Source: Bispira polyomma
Taxonomy: Eukaryota
Direction: 5' to 3'
Assembly: GCA_965649765.1 (NCBI GenBank)
Contig: OZ287758.1
Coordinates: forward strand, 36,022,001 to 36,086,000
Length of the DNA: 64,000 nt
Shown piece after piece: positions 51,501-60,029 of this stretch. Positions within the stretch are counted from its first letter, which is position 1; each line of letters starts with the position of its first letter. The position numbers and the translations under genes were made by a program. The notes beneath the pieces were generated by a model that saw only the letters and a list, made by a program, of their open reading frames with translations, did no database searches and was not told where the DNA came from.

Positions 51501-53708
51501 ATTTCAGGTCTGAGTGTGTACAATGTGTTTGTACTGTGTCTGGTGGGAGTGCCCGTGTCTTTAATGATGAAAGAAAACATCAATGCAAGCTTTGCCTTAA
51601 TCTCCCTCTTCATCCTCTTTGCAACTACACTAACTATATGCCTTGTATTCATTCCAAAAGTAAGTTCAGGGAAGTTTTTTAATAAATTAAGGAGGTTCGT
51701 ATCTGTTTATTCTGTGTTTTTTTAGCAGTAATTCTAACCCCTGTCTTGTGTCTGTTGGTTTTTTATTATATATTTGGTTGTCACTTGGATGACACAAAAA
51801 CTTGTAAATTGGTTTACATGAAACTTTTGGGGACATGGGCCGAGGAGAAATTCATGTATTTTTGCAGCAGATCTGTTTGGTTTTTAATATTTCATAATAT
51901 GGTATTAAAATTTATATTGAGCACATATAGGTTACCTTGGATTAAGTACATATTCTAAGCAGAAAAGCGAGGGATCAGCAATATTACTGGCATAACAATA
52001 AATCAAAATAATTATCCCCATCAAATGAGTTTTGATGTCAGACACAGGACTAATGTATTATGATAAAAGTAAAACTCATACATTTCTAAGACCTAATTAA
52101 TTGTGATAATAGAACTTTGTGTGCAATTACCATTGAGTGATTTTGGCCCCCCTACCAAAATGTTACAACCAAAAGTTTTCTTTGCTTTATATTGGTAAGG
52201 ATTTTGAAGTATTAATAAAGCTCATACAGTATTATGATATAGGTTATTTGTTGTGTGCACAAGTACTATGAGTCATGTATTATTTTTAAGATTATGCACA
52301 GAAACCACGCGCCACATGCAGGCCAGATGTGGAACAAGACAGTGGATGCCAACTCTCCGAACAATCGGCAGAAACTATCAGCAGTGTGTATGTATGAGGA
52401 CCAGGAGTACAAGACAGTGAAAGATGAGAATGCCAGACTGAAGGTGTCACTAGAACAGGTGAGGGACATGTGTATAAACAGGTGGGAGACAGGTGTATAA
52501 ACTGGCTAAATATGTCTCTAGAACAGGTGAGAAACAGGTGTAAATACAGGTGTGAGAAAAAGGTGTAAAAAAAAGTGTATATATAGATGTGGGAAATAGG
52601 TGTGTAAGCAGGCTAAATATGTCACTGGAACTGGTTAGAAACAAGTGGGAAAAAACAGGTGTGTATAAAAAGGTATCAAACCGTTGTGGAAACATGTGTA
52701 AGGCATGTGGGTCAACAAATGTGAGACAGGTGTATAAATAGGTGTGACACAGGTGTGAAATAGGTGCTACAAACAGGTGTGAGAAAGGTGTGCATGAATC
52801 ATGACCAGGATTATATGAGAGTAAAAGAGGAGAATACCAGGCTAAAGCTGGCACTGAAGCAGGTGAGTTTAGTTTAGTTTTGAGTTTAGCTTCACTTTCA
52901 ATACATTGTGGGCTATAGTATGACAACCAGATTTAACGGTGACGGAAACAAGTACTGTAAACCACCCGCCTATGGCAAATTTCTGACAAACTTTCCCACA
53001 AGAAGGAACGGACTGGATTCTAACCTACATTGAGTAGAGGCCAGTGATCTAACCGCTATACAAATATGCTATATATTTGATTACAACATTTTCCTCCTGT
53101 CTATCCATGTCTAGTATCACCTGTACTAACCAGTTCTTATTACCTCCGTCAGTGAAAAGCCTATCTAAAGTAAACCGAACCTTAACCCTTTTAACAGTTA
53201 TGTTGTCAACAGGAACTTTTATCCCCAGAACAGCTGACACCCCCAAAATAGTATCCTATTTTCCTTCAGTTCTTTGCAGTAGAAAATTGTTAGAATAGCA
53301 GACTTTCCCGTTTAAGAATGACGGAAGCAGTCTGTGGTGTGTGTTTTAGTGACTTCAGCTATCTGTAACCTATTACCTGAGAACTTCCTTCAGTTTTCTC
53401 CCTGTTGCGAAAGGGTTAATCATACTTACCTCTTTTGTTCATCCATTTGTTTTCAGTGTCGAAGACGTCTTCACGAGCTGGACAGTTGTAATGGTGGCCT
53501 GCTGCCATCACCAATGACCATCTCTGACCAGATGGGGTCAATAAGTGAGCCCAACACTCCCGTGGTGTGCCGCAGCCTGCTTGCCCAGGGGTCAGTGGAG
53601 GAAGATTTCCCACTGACCACTACTTACACCACACTGACCACCAGACTACATAGCTCAGCGTCTGAAGAACAGCTGAACTGTGTGAATACAGACGGTCCCT
53701 CTCTCTGA
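21381..53708 (+). CDS. GABA-B receptor-like class C GPCR (Venus flytrap + 7TM + C-terminal coiled coil); 17 exons visible, 5' exon(s) not found
   Basis: 17 GT-AG exons join in phase to 2355 nt (784 aa + stop). Motifs: GCS...[74 protein letters not shown]. Exact orthology not determinable by eye. Confidence 0.93.
22214..22495. repeat. Foldback with perfect 25-bp inverted termini
   Basis: ggaactagacctatccgtggtcacc 22214-22238 is the exact inverse of 22471-22495. Degenerate inverted similarity extends ~60 bp further inward. Confidence 0.85.
23530..23660 (+). mobile_element. SINE family A, 5'-truncated
   Basis: ggtttcttccaccattaaatctggcc...gctgttgcaagcgacataaaatccaactaaattc. Confidence 0.75.
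24998..25440 (+). repeat. Interspersed repeat (aaatgacctat...gtaaccattcattttaatagag...aattcaaatatg), two internal units
   Basis: Related copies at ~13400-13550 (-), 18280-18500 (-), 20540-20710 (-) and 55338-55500 (+). Confidence 0.65.
26497..26646 (+). mobile_element. MITE-like element with imperfect TIRs
   Basis: ggggctctattcacaaa ... tttgtgaataccagccct. Confidence 0.65.
29359..29871. mobile_element. MITE-like element with ~30-bp imperfect TIRs and subterminal repeats
   Basis: tgtgatggtacaaagtccaatttggtagaat is the approximate inverse of attctaccagattgtactttctaccatgaca. AT-rich interior. Confidence 0.7.
29973..30270 (+). mobile_element. piggyBac-type MITE (TTAA target, CC..GGG termini)
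   Basis: ttaa|ccttttcaacc ... ggtcgaaaggg|ttaa; interior shared with 37016-37326 and 53182-53419. Confidence 0.75.
31955..32230 (+). mobile_element. L2/CR1-group LINE 3' fragment
   Basis: Same 3' end and tail as 14490-14952. Confidence 0.78.
32646..32819 (+). CDS. GABA-B-like exon [12 protein letters not shown]...ALFKL
   Basis: ttccag| ... |gtaagg, 174 nt, phase 0/0. Confidence 0.92.
33464..33565 (+). CDS. GABA-B-like exon TTDDF...IANLK
   Basis: ttttag| ... |gtaggc, 102 nt, phase 0/0. Confidence 0.88.
34146..34260 (+). CDS. GABA-B-like exon [13 protein letters not shown]...YVWIIT
   Basis: ttctag| ... |gttagt, 115 nt, phase 0/1. Confidence 0.92.
37016..37326 (+). mobile_element. piggyBac-type MITE copy
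   Basis: ttaa|ctcctttgaccc ... gggatcgaaaggg|ttaa; same interior (aataggaaattgttagtatag). Confidence 0.75.
38647..38795 (+). CDS. GABA-B-like exon GFYSPAWW...ISGK
   Basis: ttgtag| ... |gtgagg, 149 nt, phase 1/0. Confidence 0.9.
39880..40024 (+). CDS. GABA-B-like exon LYSQF...[10 protein letters not shown]...TNR
   Basis: tacacag| ... |gtaaag, 145 nt, phase 0/1. Confidence 0.9.
41237..41334 (+). CDS. GABA-B-like exon [11 protein letters not shown]...FEGVS
   Basis: ttgtag| ... |gtaagt, 98 nt, phase 1/0. Confidence 0.92.
41385..41790 (+). mobile_element. L2-like LINE 3' fragment (second subfamily)
   Basis: Decayed RSF..AAPKSWN...FETSSSPI-type ORF2 end; starts 50 bp after a donor site. Confidence 0.55.
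44953..45109 (+). CDS. GABA-B-like exon GPVMYD...IEQLQG...VIWI
   Basis: ctccag| ... |gtgaga, 157 nt, phase 0/1. Confidence 0.92.
45143..45370 (+). mobile_element. SINE family A, near full length
   Basis: ggctgtggtggcttagtggtcagaagtgcctgcttc head; tail gttgaaagcgatgtataacccaaccaa. Confidence 0.8.
45730..45901 (+). mobile_element. SINE family A, 5'-truncated
   Basis: Shared body and tail ...gacctaagctgttgaaagcaacatacaaacccaactaaattc. Confidence 0.78.
46017..46167 (+). CDS. GABA-B-like exon, linker + TM1
   Basis: cactag| ... |gtgagt, 151 nt, phase 1/2; GDPPPD...[11 protein letters not shown]. Confidence 0.92.
46862..46994 (+). CDS. GABA-B-like exon, ICL1 + TM2
   Basis: ttccag| ... |gtaaga, 133 nt, phase 2/0; [11 protein letters not shown]...IMCK. 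Confidence 0.93.
47438..47545 (+). CDS. GABA-B-like exon, TM3 + ICL2
   Basis: ttccag| ... |gtgagt, 108 nt; [15 protein letters not shown]. Confidence 0.93.
48146..48274 (+). CDS. GABA-B-like exon, TM4
   Basis: ttgtag| ... |gtatgt, 129 nt; IIKDYQL...WEFIDPL. Confidence 0.92.
48667..48766 (+). CDS. GABA-B-like exon, ECL2 + start of TM5
   Basis: ttgtag| ... |gtttgt, 100 nt, phase 0/1; FCES...GILYAIK. Confidence 0.9.
48920..49320 (+). repeat. Minisatellite (~94-bp unit) containing copies of the preceding exon 3' end and donor
   Basis: actctacgctatcaaaggtttgt at 48750-48772 is identical at 49203-49225; variants at ~49012, 49106 and 49294. Confidence 0.88.
50385..50582 (+). mobile_element. SINE family A
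   Basis: Head ggtggcacagtg, body gtttgtcaggtacttg, tail gtgatgtaaaacccaactaaattc. Confidence 0.78.
50617..50700 (+). CDS. GABA-B-like exon, TM5 + ICL3
   Basis: cttcag| ... |gtaggt, 84 nt, phase 1/1; [20 protein letters not shown]. Confidence 0.93.
51508..51659 (+). CDS. GABA-B-like exon, TM6 + TM7
   Basis: tttcag| ... |gtaagt, 152 nt, phase 1/0; SVYNV...LVFIPK. Confidence 0.93.
52291..52458 (+). CDS. GABA-B-like exon, cytoplasmic tail with coiled coil
   Basis: tttaag| ... |gtgagg, 168 nt; ...[14 protein letters not shown]. Confidence 0.82.
52459..52790 (+). repeat. Degenerate CAGGTG-rich tandem array derived from the exon donor
   Basis: Many (c)aggtg(t/a) units, plus longer copies of gtcactagaacaggtgag at ~52514 and ~52621. 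Confidence 0.8.
52863..53060 (-). mobile_element. SINE family A (antisense)
   Basis: Reverse complement of the family tail, body and head; the tail abuts a donor-like CAG|GTGAGT. Confidence 0.75.
53182..53419 (+). mobile_element. piggyBac-type MITE copy, ending 37 bp before the last-exon acceptor
   Basis: ttaa|cccttttaacag ... ttgcgaaaggg|ttaa; same interior. Confidence 0.72.
53457..53708 (+). CDS. GABA-B-like terminal exon CRRRLHEL...DGPSL*
   Basis: Strong acceptor ttgttttcag|, phase 0; continues the coiled coil; TGA at 53706-53708. Confidence 0.75.
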   Translation, partial: CRRRLHELDSCNGGLLPSPMTISDQMGSISEPNTPVVCRSLLAQGSVEEDFPLTTTYTTLTTRLHSSASEEQLNCVNTDGPSL

Positions 53709-54490
53709 TAAGACTGGCCACCAGATTACAGAGATTAGTGTCTGAAGAACAGCTGAACTGTGGGAACACAGACGGTCCCTCTCTCTGATAGGACTTGGTG
53801 TAAAACAGTGGAATCTCGGTTATATGAACAGCATCTGAGACCCCTGAACTGAGAAAATACAGATGTCCCTCTCTCTGATAGGACTGACCACTACTTACAC
53901 CACCCTGACCACCAGATTACATAGCTCAGTGTCTGAGCAACAGCTGAACTGTGTGAATGCAGAGGGTCCTTCCCTTTGATAAGACTTGTGTTGTAGTACA
54001 GTGAAAACTCCATTGCATAAACTATTTCTGGGACACCTTAACTGTAAAAACACATCCTTCCCTGTATCCTTCCCTTTGATAAGACTGACCACCAGATTAC
54101 ACAGCTCATTGTCTGAGGAACAGCTGAACTGTGGGAAGTTTGTGTACCACAGTGGAAAATCGGTTATATGAACTATATCTGGGACAGCTCAACTGTGGAA
54201 ATACAGATATCCCTCCCTATGATAAGATGTAAAGTAAAAAAAAATATTTGTAGCTACACAATAACAGGACGGGAAAACTGTCCCTGCACATAGGTTAGGC
54301 TATTGGCTATTTGTCACTTTGATGATACACAAGTGTATTATATTATTACAGTAAGGAAACACCTAAACTGTGAAAACACAGACCCCCCATGATAGGACAC
54401 AGAGGGTCCCTCACTTTGACAGGACTTGTTGGTGTACCATGGAAACTCCATTATATGAACCACGTCTTGTCCACCTGAACTGTGGGAAGA
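53612..54490 (+). repeat. Tandem repeat (~80-100-bp units, two variants) whose first unit includes the last ~31 codons and stop of the receptor
   Basis: ccaccagattacatagctc..gtctga.gaacagctgaactgtg..aatacaga.ggtccctctctctgata recurs at ~53612, 53715, 53883 and 54084; variants at ~53795, 53985, 54140 and 54425. Confidence 0.88.
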
Positions 54491-55611
54491 TTAGACTTAG
54501 ATTGTATTACAGTGGAAACACAAGTTACAAAGAAGAAGAAATTGATAGAAGAGTTGAAATTAACTCTGACAATACATATAAAACCAGTATGCAAGGGGTG
54601 TCTCCATGTAGTGAACAGGGTTTGGGGGATAGTATTAATTGCCGGAAGTTGACTGTGGTGTGTTTTAGTGACACCAGTTATCTGTAGCCTTTTTTTAAAA
54701 AAAAATATCCTTCAATTTTATGCAATAGCTTTAATATTATAATGGTGACATGTTTAGATTATTTCTAGTGTAGTGCATAGTGACGACAACACTGGTCAAC
54801 TGCGTGAAGGGCAGTGTACAAAGAACAACTTTTGTGTATAGCAGAAAACACTCTGTTTTATGAACGACATGGGGTAATTGTAAAGGATGACTATGATAGA
54901 GGAATTAGCATTTATATTTATACCTGGATTGGAAAACACTCAGATTTTAGTGACAACATATTTGAGTAGAAGTGCAAGATTCATACCTGGGTACAAAAAA
55001 TACCTGGATTAAAAAATATCTTCGAAATCAAATTAATCAAGTTAATGTACGATGTGAAATAAATGTTCTTAAGTTTACAAACTTGTTAACATAAAATGAC
55101 AATTTGGAACATACATATTCATAATACAGAATAGGTTATAATACTGGTTAATGTAGATATTAGTACTCATTTAGTACTAAGACACATGTATATTGCATTA
55201 CTATAGTTTAATGAGTGTTCTTCTACAGGTATCACCTGTTACTGTCAAATAGTTGTCAGTGGTTTAGGACTGAAGCATCATTTGGATGGAATAATGCCGA
55301 TTATTATGCCTGTGCAATGGTAGTGGTTTCGATCGCCAGGACCCGTCTTCTCCAAACAAACTCAAGCTCAAACTCAACTAAAATGAAGGCTATCTTGTAC
55401 ATGTGATAACATATGTACCCTCCATTGTAATAGAGATTTTAACACTAAATTCAAATATGCAATCAGATTTTATGTTACTCCACTCTGGCCAGAGATACGG
55501 GGAATTCAAATTTCATCTTGATATCTTACGAGAATACTACCCCTGGACTCAAAAATAAATTTAACACTTTGTCTTAACTTTTTAGAAAAAAGAGCTCAGA
55601 CTTTTGTCTTA

Positions 55612-56036
55612 CAATTTTCAAGGCTGTAGTCACTCTACAGCCCTCCTACCCCACTTACCTTCTCTCTTTCAGTAACCTAATGAGAGGCAGTACACTCTCT
55701 GTTTCTTCAGTTAGACCCACTAGGAAGTTGGGATCAAAAGCTTTCTTCATTGCAGCTTCCTTATATGGAACAGTCTACCTGTTGAGCTCAGATCAGTAGA
55801 TACCACACTCATTGGTTTTAGGAAAAGCTCAAAACCTATCTTTTTAACCTTACCTACCCCCCACCCCACCCCCTACCAACTACCCACCTTACTTTCCCTC
55901 CAGTACCCCTCCCCCCACACACATCTTTCCTTACGACCTTGCTATGCCCATGGACTTCACGATTGGATTACTAATTCTGCTGTTGCGCTTTAGAAGATGC
56001 CTAGCCTCAATAAAACGTGTTAAAAATGCATAATAA
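55612..56036 (+). mobile_element. L2/CR1-group LINE 3' fragment (within the probable 3' UTR)
   Basis: Same family 3' end as 14490-14952. Confidence 0.8.
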
Positions 56037-56719
56037 ATAGTTAAAAAAATTCTACTAAGCAGCTAAGCATAATGTTTGGCTTAGCCAAAGGCTTAAGAGA
56101 GGTACATAGTAGGTCAAACTTTACAGTAAAAAGTCTTAGATTTTTAAAGTATTTTTTTGGACATAAAACACTGTAACTTGTATAACAAAATTAAAACATA
56201 TAAATGTAATATCATGGTATAAACTATCAAAAAGTAGTATAATTTCGGACATAATTTAATATAGAAATTTCACCAGTTTTTAAGTCTAGGTCCAATGAAA
56301 GAAAAATTTTTTTGTTTATTAAAATGGTATCACTGAAGCCAAAATTTAGGCCAAATACTCATATATTTAACATTTGGCTTGGCCCTTCATTTTGGCTAAC
56401 TGTACGATGTTTTATGAATACCGGCTGAAGGTCTTTAGTTACTGAGTAGATATTGCAGCATTTTGTATTGAACGTTTAGTGAAGTTGTATTATTGTATGT
56501 AAAGTATGTAAGGCAAATAGTGTTAAATATTGTGCAGAGTATGTCAATGTATATAATGGCTCAGTGTCTCTGTATCTGTGTTTATATAATGCTGCTACTA
56601 CTGCTATATAGCGATTAGGAGGTTAATGTTCTCGCTCGTATACGCTTTCTGTCTTTTTTATTGTGTCAGTGCAAATGTGTCAATTAATTTAACTTGTAAG
56701 TCAAGAAACAATGTGATAG

Positions 56720-56758
56720 AATAAATACATCAAAACTTAAACTGCTGCTGGCTTTATT
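56720..56758. terminator. Candidate back-to-back polyadenylation signals of the two convergent genes
   Basis: AATAAA (+) at 56720-56725 and TTTATT (AATAAA on -) at 56753-56758. Other candidates exist (+ ~55058; - 56657 and 57889). Confidence 0.35.
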
Positions 56759-58238
56759 TGTATGTTTAAACATGAACAATATCCACATTTTTATGAAAGG
56801 TGGTTTCCTATTGATTAGGGTCTGGTAATCATAATGTCTCTGGTTCAACTCTCAGATAGGGAGTTAGTCGGGTGATCATAAAATGCCCGTTCGACACTCG
56901 GTTGGAGAGTTTGTCTGGTGATTAGGAGGTCCCCAGGTACAGAGGGTACCAACCCTGGACATGATGTCACAACTGTTACAACAAATAACGATGCACAATT
57001 TAGTTATATTTTTGTCTTATTGATACATCAAAGGTTAAACTGTTGATACAGTATTGGTAAGTTGAGCTTTGATACATTGGGCTGTTGAGATACAACATCT
57101 TGTTTAGAAACCAAAAAATGCTAAAGTTATCAGCTTAAAGTAACTCTCGTCACCTTATTAGTATGAGTTTAAGGTCAGTCAATTGGTCTGTGTGAACACA
57201 GTTTGACCCTGAATCCAAGGTAACTGTCAAATTTGACCATTGCATTCCATTTTAAGTTTACAACTTAAAAACACTCTAAACACATAAATTTGGCACAATA
57301 CTGCTTAACTTTCTCAAACCATTCCTTTTTCCTTCAATTTTCAAAAATGTATCCACACTTGGAGAGCTGTATGTAAGATTGTGATTTATAAATCATGCAA
57401 TTGGTTATACCTTCTTAACTTTGTATTTAGTAACAATGGTAACAAAATGTATGCGTGTAGATAATAATTACACAATAATCTTAAAGATGTAGCACAATTT
57501 GCAAGGTTTCCACAATCAGGTTCGTATTTCGGTGTTGTGTCCATAACACATCGTCAAGTCCACACGGACAGGAAATGTTGCATTAAACACAACCACCTGA
57601 GTTCATCTGCATACTTAAATACACACACATACTTCTCTCTACGCCTTGGTGTCCAACTGTCTAAGATAACACAATAATCTTATAAAACCTCTCCATTGTC
57701 TAAATATGTTGTATTGTTTTTGAATAATGGTTCATAAAAATAGAAAATGCATTTAAGCATCTGCCAACCAGAAATCATAAATATGGCAGGGAATTACAGA
57801 TTGGGATTATCCACAAAAAAAATCAAATATTCAGATGATAAAAGGTCAGACAATAGGGTAGACTGAGTTTTCTGTTCTCGCTGATGCTTTTATTAACTGA
57901 CGACACAATAAGGGACAGAGTAGTTACCGTCAGCAAAAGTCAACAAATCTGACATGGCAGTTGTCTTTAACAGGAAATATAGGAAATATTTTCAAATATT
58001 GATATTTAATTAATCAAATATTTTTAGGTTTGTCATAAGTTATAATATTGTGCATGGCTATTGTATTATGAGTATTTGGTTTATGGCTAATAGCTCTGCT
58101 CTTCACCATGTGTACCATCGGTAAAAATAAAAGCATGGTCGAGGACAGAAAACTCTGTTTACTAATAGGCAGGCTCTCACATTTTCCTCACAGGAGCACA
58201 TAAAATCCAGGGTGTCAGTGCATGTTGAAGTCCATGGC

Positions 58239-58473
58239 TTAGAAGTGATATACAAGTGTCACAGAGAGCAGAGAGTAAGACATACTTGCTGCCATCACCG
58301 CAGTGGCTCCAGCCTGGGAGTTGGCTTGACTACCTGAGTTATCATCATCTATGTCTGCAGCAGTGGGAGCTGGTGTACACGGTTCTGCCTTCCGCCACCA
58401 ATTGTCGTACAGGGCCTGAACAGTACCATTGTCCAGGAGTATCTCAATGGCTTGGCTGAATTCTTCTGTGTAT
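58239..58473 (-). CDS. iGluR-LBD protein terminal exon: end of S2, spacer and GPI-signal-like tail
   Basis: cctgtag| on -, phase 2; YTEEFSQAIEILLDNGTVQALYDNWWRKAEPC-TPAPTAADIDDDNSGSQANSQAGA-TAVMAASMSYSLLSVTLVYHF*. Confidence 0.88.
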
Positions 58474-59981
58474 CTACAGGATAGAAAAAAGTTTATACCA
58501 AGATCATATTATATAGGCCACGTTTCTCAAAACAAGCCCATATTTTTTCCATAGAATGGCCATATTCTGTATAAATTCCTCCAAAAAAATTGCTATTTTA
58601 TTGAATGTTGATGTTTTGTATGTAAACACACCTTATACATATATCATACTTATTTCTCCAAGAGTCTTCCTAGCCTACTTATGAGACTAAAGTTGACAGT
58701 GATTACAAAGTACAGTATTATTGGAATCAAAAATTGACTATTAAGTAGATCAAGGGTGATTGCATAAGGCGGATAAACTCTTGACTTCATCAATGCATTG
58801 GATATGCCCATTTACTCTCGAATTTTGTTCAAAATTCACGTTAAGGCTGTAGTCAATCAACAGCCCTCGTACCTTGCTTCCCTTCTCTCCTTCAGTAGCA
58901 GTAAGAGAGGCAACAGACTTCGGTCAGACCCATCAGGAAGGCAGGATCCAGAGCTTTCTCTATTGCAGCTGCCTTGTTATGGAACAGTCTCCCAGTTGAC
59001 TTCAGATCAGTTGATTCACTCATCAGTTTTACGAAAAAGCTTAAAACCTATCTTTTTAACCTTGCCTACCCACCTTAGCTTTCCTCATGCATGCTCCCAC
59101 ATGTTTTCTTATGACTTTGCTATGCCCATGAACTTTACGATTGGATCAATGATTCTGCTGTTGAGCTTTAGAAGATACCTAGCATCAATAAAGCACGTTA
59201 AAAATTCATAATAATAATATTTGGCTTTCCACTATAGAGGTCTTGGGGCAAGAATTGTAGCCATCATGTAATAAAACCAAGACTAACTAGGTATCTGAGT
59301 TAGCTGGAAAATTAACTTCTGTTAGAAAAAAAGACAATGGTCAAGAATGCATAATGAAAGGTTTATATACCACTTAAGACTATTCTATGACAGAAGACTC
59401 TCGTCTATGTGTTGGTGTTTCTGGTATTAAACCTTAAGCATGCATGGTTTTATTATTTTTGACTACTTTCTTTGGAGTACTTACTTGTATTGCACCTTAA
59501 TTATATGTCATTACATCTTAATTAAATCTTACACTAGATTTTAGAAGCGGCTTTTTTCAAGCACTAATAACCAGTAAGACTCTTTAATCCCTACCTGCTG
59601 CCCTTCTCCAGAGCTATGGAGTAGTTTTTGTAGTTCATGAAGGTAAATGTCATGAGGTCACAGTTCTGTACTGCCAGATACTCCAGGGTGTCACTACCAC
59701 CAATAAAGGCATAGTCATCAGTCAGGACCTTCTCCAAACCTAGAGGAAAAGTTTGAGTTTGAATAGAATTTAGTTAGGTTTTACGTCGCTTTCGACAGCT
59801 TAGGTCATATCATGGTCAGGTTTAACAGTGGAAGAAACCACTGCTGAAGCACTGTAAACCAGCAACCTATGGCAAGAACCTGACAAACTTTCCCACATAA
59901 AGCAACTAACAAGATTTGAACCCACATTGGTGCTTTTAACCGCATATATGTCCACTGTTCCTGGGGCCAGAGTGGCCTTGC

Positions 59982-60029
<48 letters not shown>

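Noticed and set aside
52450-52926. 158-aa minus-strand ORF
   Set aside because: Antisense reading of the CAGGTG repeat array and SINE tail; low-complexity, no domain.
53422-53431. atacttacct, matching the U1 snRNA 5' end (similar 10-mer at ~6983)
   Set aside because: The match stops after ~10 nt and there is no U1 body.
58798-59211. 137-aa plus-strand ORF (also 14719-14919 and 41461-41688)
   Set aside because: Frameshifted remnants of L2-type LINE ORF2 and 3' UTR, not host genes.
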